Shown here: piece by piece, positions 21,878 through 30,843 of the stretch | Layout: the number at the start of each line of letters is the position of its first letter | Numbering within the stretch: the stretch's first letter is position 1 | Assembly (NCBI GenBank): GCA_965223265.1 | Contig: OZ244999.1 | Location: 6,752,001 to 6,816,000 of the forward strand | Reading direction: 5' to 3' | Source: Planctomycetota bacterium | GTDB taxonomy: Bacteria; Planctomycetota; UBA8108; SXIK01 | Length of the DNA: 64,000 bases | Made by a program: the position numbers and the translations under genes | Notes under the pieces: generated by a model | Seen by the model: the letters and a program-made list of their open reading frames with translations, nothing else | Told to the model about the DNA's origin: nothing | Databases searched by the model: none

Positions 21878-23944
21878 ATGATCGTGCAAAACGTGACTGC
21901 GGAACCGAAGGCAAAAGCGCCTGTGATCCGTTATCCCGGCATCCCCGGGACGGCCGATGGGACGAACATCATCGTCTATATCGAGACCCGAGCCACACAG
22001 GGTTCTGCGGCCTACCCCATCACATCCTCGACGCAGATGGGCACGGGCTACCAAGCAGCTGTAGCTAACGGATTTCGCAACGTCTGGGATCAGCCCCTGC
22101 AATGGATGGAGATGGAGTCGGAGCACTCCTCGGCGACGGGCTGTGAGGGCTTCGCGCTCGCCGGTGGCCGAGTGACCAACTTCACTTCCGGCCAGGGACT
22201 GATCCTCATGAAGGAAGTCCTCTACACGATCTCCGGCAAGCGACTTCCAGCAGTGTTTCACATCGCTGCCCGCGCCTTGACGTCGCATTCACTCAACGTC
22301 CATGCAGGCCACGACGACGTCATGGGCGTGGTCGACTGCGGCTGGGGCATGCTGTTCGCCAAAAACGTCCAGGACGCCGGAGACCTTTGCCTCATCACCC
22401 GGCGCGTTGCAGAGGACACGCTGACTCCGTTCATGAACATCCAGGACGGATTCCTGACGACGCACACCATCGAAAACGTGTTGTTCCCAGAGGATGACTT
22501 AATCCGAGAATTCCTCGGCCGCCCCGAAGACCGCATTCAAAAGGTTTTCGACCCGGCCAATCCGCTCATGAGCGGCGTCGTGCAAAACCAGGACAGCTAC
22601 ATGACGGGAAAGATCGCGCAGCGATTCTTTTATGACCGTGTGCGCGAGCGGATGCAGGTGGCGTTCGACGAATTCGAACGCCTGACGGGGCGGCGCTACG
22701 ATCTCATCCAGACCCATGCGCTGGACGATGCCGAGTACGCGATCGTGTCGATGGGGTCAACCTCGGAAACTGCCATGGCGACGGTCGACCACCTGCGCTC
22801 GCTCGGCTACCGCGTCGGTGTCGTCGATGTCACGGCGTTCCGTCCATTCCCCGGGCCCGAGCTCGTCCGCGCGCTGAGTCACCTACGGGCGTTTGCAGTG
22901 ATTGAACGTCTCGACATTCCGCTCGCGGTTGACAACCCGCTCACTGCGGAGATCGAGACGGCCTTCGCGAAGGCGATCATGCGGACCGAGGGTTATCCCG
23001 AAATCGATCGTGTTCCTCGCTGTTACTCAGGCTGCGCCGGACTTGGTTCGCGTGACGTGACACCTGGTCAAATGGTCGCATGCGTCAAGAACATGGCGGA
23101 CGGTACTGCCGACTCGAACGGCTGGAAGGGAAAGCGATTCTTCGTTCTCGGCATCGACTACAAGGACGCGCTCGATGTCGAAGACGAGCCGGACGTGCGA
23201 CCTCCGGGATCCTTCTCGATCCGCGGTCACTCCGTTGGTGGCTATGGTTCGGTGACGACGAACAAAGTCATTGCAAAGTGCCTCGGCGACATCTTCGGAT
23301 TCTCGGTTCAAGCGTCGCCGAAGTATGGCTCCGAAAAGAAGGGGCTTCCTACCAACACCTATTTGACGATCACGAGCAGCGGCAAAATCCAGACGCACGC
23401 AGAGCTGCAGCAGGTTGAGTTCGTACCTCTTTTGGATCCGAACACCTGGGCGATGGGCAACCCACTGGTCGGTTTGCAGGCAGGTGGCGCGGTGTTTCAG
23501 CACACCGACTGCGAAGAGCCGGGCGGTTTCTGGCAGACGATCCCTGACTGGGCGAAGTACTTCATGCTTGAAAACAACATTCGCCTCTACGGCGTTGACA
23601 CGGTGCGCATCGCCCGCGAGTGTTGTCGCGCTGACGACTCGCTCGTTCAGCGTTTCCAGGGCATCGTGCTGCTCGGCGTCTTTCTCAAGGTCACACCTTT
23701 CAATACCGATGCCGGACTTGAGGACGAGGAGCTGTTCGAACGCGTTGAGACGCCACTGCGCTATTACTTCGGCAAGCGTGGAGACCAGGTGATCGCGGAC
23801 AACTTAAACGCAGTCCGTAAAGGTTACGCCGAGGTCTTCGAAGTGTCTCGTTCCGTGATGGAAAAGACTCCCGCTGACGTCATCGCAGCCGGCAAAGAAG
23901 AGTGGGATGCCAAGGGCAAGGACACGAACGCGTTTTTCATCTAA
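21878..23944 (+). CDS. Pyruvate/2-oxoacid:ferredoxin oxidoreductase, fused alpha+gamma subunit
   Basis: AYPITSS, MESEHSS, NFTSGQGL, QDGFLTTH; gamma domain GHSVGGYGSVTTNK, PKYGSEKKG. Confidence 0.92.
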   Translation: MIVQNVTAEPKAKAPVIRYPGIPGTADGTNIIVYIETRATQGSAAYPITSSTQMGTGYQAAVANGFRNVWDQPLQWMEMESEHSSATGCEGFALAGGRVTNFTSGQGLILMKEVLYTISGKRLPAVFHIAARALTSHSLNVHAGHDDVMGVVDCGWGMLFAKNVQDAGDLCLITRRVAEDTLTPFMNIQDGFLTTHTIENVLFPEDDLIREFLGRPEDRIQKVFDPANPLMSGVVQNQDSYMTGKIAQRFFYDRVRERMQVAFDEFERLTGRRYDLIQTHALDDAEYAIVSMGSTSETAMATVDHLRSLGYRVGVVDVTAFRPFPGPELVRALSHLRAFAVIERLDIPLAVDNPLTAEIETAFAKAIMRTEGYPEIDRVPRCYSGCAGLGSRDVTPGQMVACVKNMADGTADSNGWKGKRFFVLGIDYKDALDVEDEPDVRPPGSFSIRGHSVGGYGSVTTNKVIAKCLGDIFGFSVQASPKYGSEKKGLPTNTYLTITSSGKIQTHAELQQVEFVPLLDPNTWAMGNPLVGLQAGGAVFQHTDCEEPGGFWQTIPDWAKYFMLENNIRLYGVDTVRIARECCRADDSLVQRFQGIVLLGVFLKVTPFNTDAGLEDEELFERVETPLRYYFGKRGDQVIADNLNAVRKGYAEVFEVSRSVMEKTPADVIAAGKEEWDAKGKDTNAFFI

Positions 23945-24025
23945 CGGGCCAACCAACTTCGATACGACGATTCCTCGAATATAATAGTGGAGATACGCGC
24001 GAGCGACGCGTGGTGAGTAAACCGC

Positions 24026-25726
24026 ATGAGAAAGAATTTGAGTGACACGAGCCCGTTCGAAGGGCGTGCGAACGGCGACCGCAACGTCAGCGACACCGCA
24101 GTCGACGAGAAAGCGTTCACGATCGACGACTGGTTCAACATGAACCGCGCGAATGAAGTCGTGGAGGCCTACAACCAAGGCGGTGGCTCGGCTCTTGAAG
24201 CGGATCCGTTCGTCGCACGCTCGATCATCCCGGCGGGAACCGGAAAGGCTCGTGACTTCAGCTACATCGCGCCAGAGCTCCCGGAGCTGAACGCTGAGGC
24301 ATGCGTCGGCTGCATGGACTGCGTGACCAATTGCCCGGACACCGCAATCCTTGGCAAGGCGGTTCCCAAGGAGGTGCTCGAAGAGCAGCTAGCGCAGATT
24401 GAAGACGAGGATCATCGCGAATTCGTCCGCGAGCAGTTCGTCGAGACGACCAAGTACTACACGTCGTTTGAAAAAAAGCGCGCCAAGAAGCCCGAGCTTC
24501 CCGAAGGCGCGACGTTCGGGATCTTTATCGATCCGACGAAGTGCAAGGGCTGCGCCGAGTGCGTCGAGGTGTGCGGCGACCACGAAGCTCTCCGCATGAT
24601 TAAGAAAACCCCCGACAACCTGCCGCGCTTCCTAGCGGCGTTCGAAGCCTACAACGCGCTGCCAAACACTCGTCCAGAGCACCGGATCGTCAAGGACAAG
24701 CGCGATCTCATGCTCAACGACGACAACTTGATCTACGTTGGTGGAGCCGGAAGCTGCATGGGCTGCGGCGAGGCGTCAGTGTTGCGCCAGTTCATGGCGG
24801 CGACGGCGGAGGTCCACGGCTGTAACTGGGGAATCGTCGCCGCGACCGGGTGTAACACGGTCTACGGTTCGACGTACCCGTACAATCCGTTCATGGTGCC
24901 GTGGACGAATCCACTGTTCGAGAACGCGCCGGCTGATGCCATGGGCATCCGTGCCTACTGGGACGCGATTGGTCATCCCGAATGGCCACTTTGGGTGGTC
25001 GGCGGTGACGGCGCCATGCTCGACATTGGCTTTCAGTCACTTTCCCGCCTTCTCACCTCGGGCATGAACATCAAAGTCTTGGTGCTGGACACCCAGGTCT
25101 ACTCCAACACCGGTGGCCAAACTTCGACAGCCACTTACATTGGTCAGGAAGCCAAGATGAGCTTCCACGGCAAAGAGGTGCACGGCAAGGTCGAAGGGCG
25201 CAAGGAGCTCGGCGTGATCTGCATGATGCATCCTCGCACTTACGTGGCGCAGACCGTAGGCCCCATGGCAAAGCACTTTTACAACGCGATCGAACGCGCC
25301 AACGAGTTCGTCGGTCCCGCGGTGATCAACGTTTTCACCACTTGCCAGCCGGAGCACGGTGTCGCTGATGATATGGCCGCGGCACAGGCACGCCTGGCCG
25401 TGGAGTCACGTGCTTTCCCGGTCTTCGAATACGACCCGGACAAAGGCGATTCGCTCAAGAAGTGCTTGTCGCTTGCCGGCAACCCGAGCGCAACGCGCGA
25501 TTGGCACACTCGGATCGGTAAGGACGGCACCAAAAGGCCCGTGACGTTCCTGGAGTGGGCGAAAACCGAGGGGCGTTTCCGGAAACACTTCGACAAGGAA
25601 GGCAATCCGGTCACCGACCTCATCGAGCGTGCGCAAGAAGAACGGTTGCGCAATTGGTGGCTACTGCAGGAACTCGCCGGAGTCGAAAATGTCGACCGCA
25701 AAGCCGCGGAAGAGCAAAAAGCCTGA
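24026..25726 (+). CDS. Pyruvate/2-oxoacid:ferredoxin oxidoreductase, fused delta (2x[4Fe-4S]) + beta (TPP) subunit
   Basis: CVGCMDCVTNCP, CKGCAECVEVC, GSCMGCGE, ATGC, GGDGAMLDIG, YSNTGGQ. Confidence 0.92.
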   Translation: MRKNLSDTSPFEGRANGDRNVSDTAVDEKAFTIDDWFNMNRANEVVEAYNQGGGSALEADPFVARSIIPAGTGKARDFSYIAPELPELNAEACVGCMDCVTNCPDTAILGKAVPKEVLEEQLAQIEDEDHREFVREQFVETTKYYTSFEKKRAKKPELPEGATFGIFIDPTKCKGCAECVEVCGDHEALRMIKKTPDNLPRFLAAFEAYNALPNTRPEHRIVKDKRDLMLNDDNLIYVGGAGSCMGCGEASVLRQFMAATAEVHGCNWGIVAATGCNTVYGSTYPYNPFMVPWTNPLFENAPADAMGIRAYWDAIGHPEWPLWVVGGDGAMLDIGFQSLSRLLTSGMNIKVLVLDTQVYSNTGGQTSTATYIGQEAKMSFHGKEVHGKVEGRKELGVICMMHPRTYVAQTVGPMAKHFYNAIERANEFVGPAVINVFTTCQPEHGVADDMAAAQARLAVESRAFPVFEYDPDKGDSLKKCLSLAGNPSATRDWHTRIGKDGTKRPVTFLEWAKTEGRFRKHFDKEGNPVTDLIERAQEERLRNWWLLQELAGVENVDRKAAEEQKA

Positions 25727-26516
25727 CTTCGGCGCGGTTCAGCACCTGACGCGGGAGAAGCTGGCCGAGCCGCGGCCTTTGACGCCACAAGTGCTCGGCC
25801 ACCTCCTCAGTCAACATGAGGTCGCTAGTGACCAGGTCACTTCTTGGCTGCGTGAGAACTTGCCGCAGCTCGAGCCATACGAACTCGACTTGTTGCTCTC
25901 GCCGCTGTTCACGCCCGGTCTCGAGCAGCGTCTTTGCTTCGAGGAAGTGCTTGGCGATAGCAGTCTCAGTGAGGCGGAGGTCGACGAGTTACTTGAGACG
26001 ACCCAGCAGAGCGACGTGAAGATCACGCTACTGCACGAAAGTGAGCAGATCGAGTCACCACTTCCGGAGGTTGTCCTGGAGCGATTCGTCCGCATGCTGC
26101 ACCTCGAATCTGAAGTGCCGCGTCCGGCGCTGGATCGCTTCGGAACAATGACTGCAGAAGCGCGCTGCCACTTGCGCGATGAAGTATGGAAGAAACGCCG
26201 CAACACCGAGCTTCTGCCGTCGCTGCTGACGGCGGTTGAGCGCATCGGCAGCGACTTCCCCGGCTACGTGCATTTCCTCACTGACTTCGTGCGCACGCAT
26301 CGCCCATCGCGCTTGGAGGAATGCGTCACGTTTCTCGATAATCTTGCAGAAGCCTACGAGGACGACCTGCGCAAGCACAACTCCGGCACGCGCTCTTTTT
26401 TCAGCGAGGAGCTGCAAGCTTCTCACGCAGGTCGCTGGCGCGTCGATGAGACGGTCGTCGATACGCACAAGCGCATGATCACGATGGCCCGGACGGTGCG
26501 GGAGATGCTGGTCTGA
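25689..26516 (+). CDS. Hypothetical protein, third gene of oxidoreductase operon
   Basis: 275-aa helical-looking ORF overlapping the end of the beta-subunit gene. Confidence 0.7.
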   Translation: MSTAKPRKSKKPDFGAVQHLTREKLAEPRPLTPQVLGHLLSQHEVASDQVTSWLRENLPQLEPYELDLLLSPLFTPGLEQRLCFEEVLGDSSLSEAEVDELLETTQQSDVKITLLHESEQIESPLPEVVLERFVRMLHLESEVPRPALDRFGTMTAEARCHLRDEVWKKRRNTELLPSLLTAVERIGSDFPGYVHFLTDFVRTHRPSRLEECVTFLDNLAEAYEDDLRKHNSGTRSFFSEELQASHAGRWRVDETVVDTHKRMITMARTVREMLV

Positions 26517-26649
26517 AAGACCGCCACACCGCCTGAGAGACGAACCGCAGTTCGTCGCTCACTCGCCCTGCCGCGGAGCAATTCAGCATGGACGGGGGAG
26601 CATAGCGCGGGCCTGGCCTCTGCAGTGGCGCGGCGAAGCGAGGATGCGG

Positions 26650-27049
26650 GTTTGCGTTTGCGTGGGCGTGGGCGCCTCTTAAAGTGGCAGGCACTCTCCG
26701 AGTGCCGTGGCCGCAGAGAAGACGGACGGCACTCGGAGAGTGCCTGCTACTATTGGGCGCCCGGTGGCGGAAAACTTGCCCGGATTCGAGGGCTCTTTGA
26801 GTTTTCCTTTGCCGCACCGGTTTGCGTTTGCGTTTGCGTTTGCGTTTGCGTTTGCGTTTGCGTGGGCGTGGGCGTGGGCGCCTCTTAAAGTGGCAGGCAC
26901 TCTCCGAGTGCCGTGGCCGCAGAGAAGACGGACGGCACTCGGAGAGTGCCTGCTACTATTGGGCGCCCGGTGGCGGAAAACTTGCCCGGATTCGAGGGCT
27001 CTTTGAGTTTTCCTTTGCCGCACCGATTTGCGTTTGCGTTTGCGTTTGC
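26650..27049. repeat. Two 206-bp-period tandem units, each with a REPIN-like palindrome, separated by (GTTTGC)n
   Basis: 26672-26819 identical to 26878-27025; GTTTGC x2, x7 and about x4; inverted 26-bp arms at 26683-26708 and 26726-26751. Confidence 0.92.
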
Positions 27050-27235
27050 GTGGGAAGGGGAGGGGGAGGCGGAGTGGGAGGTCACCGTACGGCGGCGGTC
27101 TTGTCGAGCGTACGCGGTGCTCGCGGGTGTGAAGTCGAGCACACAATGCACCTCCAACCTTCCGCTGTCGTAAGTCCTTTCGGTGTAAGCCGACGTAATC
27201 TGACGAATCTTTGATACAACCCGGTCGATTTACCT

Positions 27236-29326
27236 TCATAGGTCGTCGAAGAGCGTCATCTGGTTCTTCGCGCAGCCCTCCTTAGGCGGGAATCGACCCG
27301 TCGCCTTGAGCGTCGCCACGAGGCTCCGGACTCCTGGGGAGTCCAGCTCGTGGCGAGAGACGCGCCAGGGGGCGAACTCGGCGACTTGGTTTTTCCTGAT
27401 CAATCCTCGTTCGACAAGCGTACGTAATGCTATCGAGGAAACTCCTAGGTACTTGCTGGCGCCGTTCATCGACAACGCATCATCGGAGGACTGCGCTGAA
27501 TTGATACCGTTGTGTTTGCGAAATTCGGTCACCTTGTCTTTGGTCCACCGTGTGGTCGTGAGCCTTCGTCTGTTAAGCACTAAGGCAATCTCGCTGTCAC
27601 TATGCGCCGCGGCGCTGAGCCGCTTGATCAGCTCGAGCACCGAAACTTCCCTTGATGCCTTCGGAGAGGGGAATCGCAACAGCTCGGAGGTAGAGTGTAC
27701 GCCGCCCTTCCAGTGAATCGTCAATTCCAGGCGGCGACTTTGCCGATTGGATCCAACGAGCTCGCCGCTCTCCTTGATCATGATCTCGTGAATCGCTGCT
27801 CGCAGCAGAGTCTTCTTCAGCCTGACATCAATCGTCGATCGCCAGACCAACTGGAAGTTCCGTGCGAGAGTCTCGAGACGTTTTCGCTCTGCGACAGTCA
27901 ACGTCAATCTCGACGACTGCTGCTTGTGGAGTGTCTCCTTTGCCTCGGCAAGCCGCTGAAGCTTGTCGTTGAGACGTTTCTCGAGGTTGTCCGCAACAAG
28001 GCGATTCCTCGGATCGCACGCGTCGAACTGTTCGAATGCATGACTGGCGGCGTACTGCGCAGCCTCGACCTGCTGCTTCGCGTAGTTCAACTCGTCGGCT
28101 CGGCTCTTCTCGATCTGCTCGAACGCCCTGGTCGCAGCCTCGATCCCCGAGGAGTCAAGCGCTCGACACAACTGCTGCGCGACGATCGGGTCAACGCGAC
28201 ATGCCCCAACAGAGAGACAAATGCGTGAGTTCCCCTTTCGTGTGCCGTCGCAGTAATAGAAGGCCTTCTCGTATCGGTACCGGACCTTCAGCTGATCGCC
28301 ACAGTGACCACAACGCAACATCCCCGCCAGGAGAGCCTGGCCTTCCCGCGCGGCTCCTCGGTTGCCGTCGAGCCCTCTTCGCGGTCGATTCTGCGATAGC
28401 TTCTTCAAGTTCGCTTCGTACTCTGACCAATCGATGTAGGCTGGGTGATGGTCACGGATCATCACCCGAGCTTCACCAGGATCTTGCCGACGTTCACGCT
28501 GTTTGACCAGCCTCCCATCGGCGATCTTGCTTGTCGTCCTTGAACGACCCCAAGCGTAGACTCCAGCATAGGTCGGATTGACCAGGAGGTTGTGTAGCGA
28601 CTTGGCCGACGGCACCGCCCACCTGACCGTCTTGTTGCCCAAGCCCCGACTCGGAAACTCGATCCCCGCGTCTCGGTAATGCAATGCGAGCTGTCGGGCA
28701 CTACTGGAGCCACGGAAGTCCTGAAAGACACGGCGGATCGCGGTACGGATTCTCTCGTCGGGATCGAAGACAATCTCAGTGTCGTCGTAGACGTAGCCGA
28801 TCGGTAACTGAATCCACAGCTCACCTCGCTTCGCTTTCGCCTGCTGACCTAGGCGCAACCGCAAGCGAATCGTCGCAAGCTCGGCTTCTGAGATCGAGCC
28901 ACGGATGCCGATCAACAGTCTGTCGTTAGAGAGCGACAGATCGTAGACCTGCTCGGTGTCCGCGATCAGCGTATTGAAGTGCTGACAAAGCTCCATCAGT
29001 CGCGCCCAGTCCACCGAATTCCTCGACAGTCGGGAAATCTCGAGACAGAAGATAATCCCGACTTCCCCGGCAATGACCCAGCTCTTCAGTTTCTCGAAGC
29101 CGGGGCGATCGACGAATCCAGAAGCCGACTCGCCGAGATCGTCCTCGATGAGAATCGGCTCGCGCCAGCCAAGATCGACCGCCTTGTGCCTCAGTTCGCG
29201 TTGCAGGCGCGTGCTCTCTTCGTTGTTCTTCACCTGTGTTGGCGACGATTGACGAATGTATACTACTGCCGCGCGCCTGAGGTGCTCGGTAGTGACGCCA
29301 CCTGGATGATTGCTATCGATCCTCAT
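27236..29326 (-). CDS. Large serine recombinase (resolvase, recombinase, Zn-ribbon, coiled-coil and C-terminal HTH domains)
   Basis: VYIRQSS catalytic Ser, DLGESAS, EISRLSRN, PIGY, NPTYAG, LRCGHCG..YYC, C-terminal HTH (ASKYLGVSSIALRTLVERG). Confidence 0.95.
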   Translation of the reverse strand: MRIDSNHPGGVTTEHLRRAAVVYIRQSSPTQVKNNEESTRLQRELRHKAVDLGWREPILIEDDLGESASGFVDRPGFEKLKSWVIAGEVGIIFCLEISRLSRNSVDWARLMELCQHFNTLIADTEQVYDLSLSNDRLLIGIRGSISEAELATIRLRLRLGQQAKAKRGELWIQLPIGYVYDDTEIVFDPDERIRTAIRRVFQDFRGSSSARQLALHYRDAGIEFPSRGLGNKTVRWAVPSAKSLHNLLVNPTYAGVYAWGRSRTTSKIADGRLVKQRERRQDPGEARVMIRDHHPAYIDWSEYEANLKKLSQNRPRRGLDGNRGAAREGQALLAGMLRCGHCGDQLKVRYRYEKAFYYCDGTRKGNSRICLSVGACRVDPIVAQQLCRALDSSGIEAATRAFEQIEKSRADELNYAKQQVEAAQYAASHAFEQFDACDPRNRLVADNLEKRLNDKLQRLAEAKETLHKQQSSRLTLTVAERKRLETLARNFQLVWRSTIDVRLKKTLLRAAIHEIMIKESGELVGSNRQSRRLELTIHWKGGVHSTSELLRFPSPKASREVSVLELIKRLSAAAHSDSEIALVLNRRRLTTTRWTKDKVTEFRKHNGINSAQSSDDALSMNGASKYLGVSSIALRTLVERGLIRKNQVAEFAPWRVSRHELDSPGVRSLVATLKATGRFPPKEGCAKNQMTLFDDL

Positions 29327-29480
29327 CGTTCTCGCCCTCCACACCGTGGTTCTCGATGATCGCCTGCAGGAGAATCGCCACTGCCCGAGCGATTTCCTCC
29401 CGCTCCTTCGCGCTCAGCACTGCGAGCACGCTTTGATCTTCCGGCGGCAAGAACGGTAGAGTAAGCTGCGTCCACACCAT
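29313..29480 (-). CDS. Small accessory protein of the recombinase element (55 aa)
   Basis: Strong SD AAGGAGGAGG before ATG 29480; MVWTQLTLPF...EREEIARAVAILLQAII; overlaps recombinase start. Confidence 0.7.
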   Translation of the reverse strand: MVWTQLTLPFLPPEDQSVLAVLSAKEREEIARAVAILLQAIIENHGVEGENDEDR

Positions 29481-29772
29481 CGTCCTCCTCCTTGGTTCGA
29501 GTTGGTTCTGAGTCAAGGATGGACGATGGTGCTTCTTGGAGTCGAGACTCTACGATCGCCGCAATGACGAGGAGCTCCTCCACGTCGATGTGGGGCGATC
29601 TACACAGCTCCACCCACATAGCGCTCTCCTCGGTCATCCAGCACGGCACCAAGAGCTGGCGCTTCTCGATTTGAACCAAGTAGCAGGGCGGTTCTCTCGA
29701 GGTCCGCCGAACGACCGGCAGAGAGCGTCCCGCAAGGGGGTGGTAGGGATAGAAGACCGTTACGGTCGTCAA
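29323..29772 (-). CDS. Y4bD/DUF5372-like accessory protein of serine-recombinase elements (no SD-backed start)
   Basis: VTVFYPYHPLAGRSL...LVPCWMT signature (family recalled, not searched); stop overlaps recombinase ATG (ATGA). Confidence 0.65.
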   Translation of the reverse strand: MTTVTVFYPYHPLAGRSLPVVRRTSREPPCYLVQIEKRQLLVPCWMTEESAMWVELCRSPHIDVEELLVIAAIVESRLQEAPSSILDSEPTRTKEEDDGVDAAYSTVLAAGRSKRARSAEREGAGGNRSGSGDSPAGDHREPRCGGRER

Positions 29773-29923
29773 ACCAACATCAGTGTGGGCTACCCGTGGT
29801 CAGGGGTGCCTTCGCTGCGCTCGGCGCTGCGCGCCCTTGACACCCACTCCGCTCCGCGTTGGGGGGTGGAGTACCGCCGCCCGGACGCGGCGGGCTCTTG
29901 ACTCACCGTTTCGGAGGCTTCTC

Positions 29924-30247
29924 ATGCGCTTCATCGCTCTCGATGTCAGTCTCAGTTTGATTCGCGACTTGCGGGCTCCATTGCTGCGGCTTCGGAGGCT
30001 TGATCCAGATCTCCATCGGCAGATTCGGCGGGCTGCTTCTTCCGTCGCGCTCAATCTCTCGGAGGGTGCCGAGCGCGCTGGAAAGGATCGGCTGCACCTC
30101 TATCGCGTTGCCCGCGGCAGTGCCCGGGAGGTCGAGACTGCCCTGCAGCTCTCGGTGGCCTGGGGCGATCTCAAGACCGAAGACGTCTCAGTGCCTCTCC
30201 AGACCCTCGATCGACTCCTAGCTCTTCTCAGCGGACTCACGCGCTGA
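29924..30247 (+). CDS. Four-helix-bundle protein (23S rRNA IVP-like family)
   Basis: GGAGG SD; QIRRAASSVALNLSEG, YRVARGSAREVETAL. Confidence 0.9.
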   Translation: MRFIALDVSLSLIRDLRAPLLRLRRLDPDLHRQIRRAASSVALNLSEGAERAGKDRLHLYRVARGSAREVETALQLSVAWGDLKTEDVSVPLQTLDRLLALLSGLTR

Positions 30248-30319
30248 GCGAGGCGCCCGAGCGCCCGCTGCTTTCGTAGCGGGCGCTGCTCACGGCGCCT
30301 GCGACTTCTGTATCTGGCC

Positions 30320-30540
30320 CTGTCTCCGTCATCCGAGTCCGTCTCTGGCTCTGCATCTGTATCTGTATCTGTATCTGTCTCCGTCTCTGACTCTGTCATC
30401 TGCTTCTGTATCTCTATCCGCCATCCGTCTCTGATTCTGACTCTGACCCCAACGTTGCAAAAGAGACGCGCCTTAAGACCGTGCGCGATTGCGATTGAGT
30501 GAGAGTTTGCGTGTGGGTGTGCGTGGGCGAGGGGGAACAC
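30320..30540. repeat. Degenerate hexamer microsatellite (TCTGTA/TCTGAC/TCCGTC)n downstream of the four-helix-bundle gene
   Basis: tctgcatctgtatctgtatctgtatctgtctccgtctctgactctgtc..., tctgattctgactctgacc. Confidence 0.8.
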
Positions 30541-30843
30541 GGCACACCGTCAACCTCACCAAACGTGAGGTCCGCCGCGACGTCCTTCAACTGCCGATCG
30601 AACCTCAGGGAAAGGGTTTCTGAGCCCTTCCTGCGAAAACTTATGCAACTGTCGGGTCCGTCTCTGATTCTGCCTCCGCCTCTCCCCCGCCTCAAAACCC
30701 GCCGCGCCAAATCGCACGGTAGCCCGCCATGCATAGTGGCGGACGCTTCGCTTGAAGTGACGTCGTATCGCTTCCGCGTCTGGTCGCCCCGTCAATCAAG
30801 CAACGAGACGTTCCCGCGAGTGCCCCCAAACAAATCGAGCCTC

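Larger units (their letters stand above)
27142..29787 (-). mobile_element. Three-gene large-serine-recombinase integrative element (ends inferred)
   Basis: Recombinase plus two small upstream ORFs; imperfect terminal inverted motifs CACAATGCA (27142-27150) and, on the opposite strand, CACACTGAT (29787-29779). Confidence 0.7.

Noticed and set aside
26650-27049. Possible CRISPR array
   Set aside because: Units are identical including the would-be spacers, period is 206 bp, and there are no cas genes.
26479-27239. ORFs with FAFAFA/RLRLRL/CVCVCV/ANANAN runs
   Set aside because: Translations of (GTTTGC)n and the REP duplication; no protein-like content.
29924-30840. Diversity-generating retroelement (Avd-like gene)
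   Set aside because: No reverse transcriptase and no TR/VR pair differing at adenines in the window.
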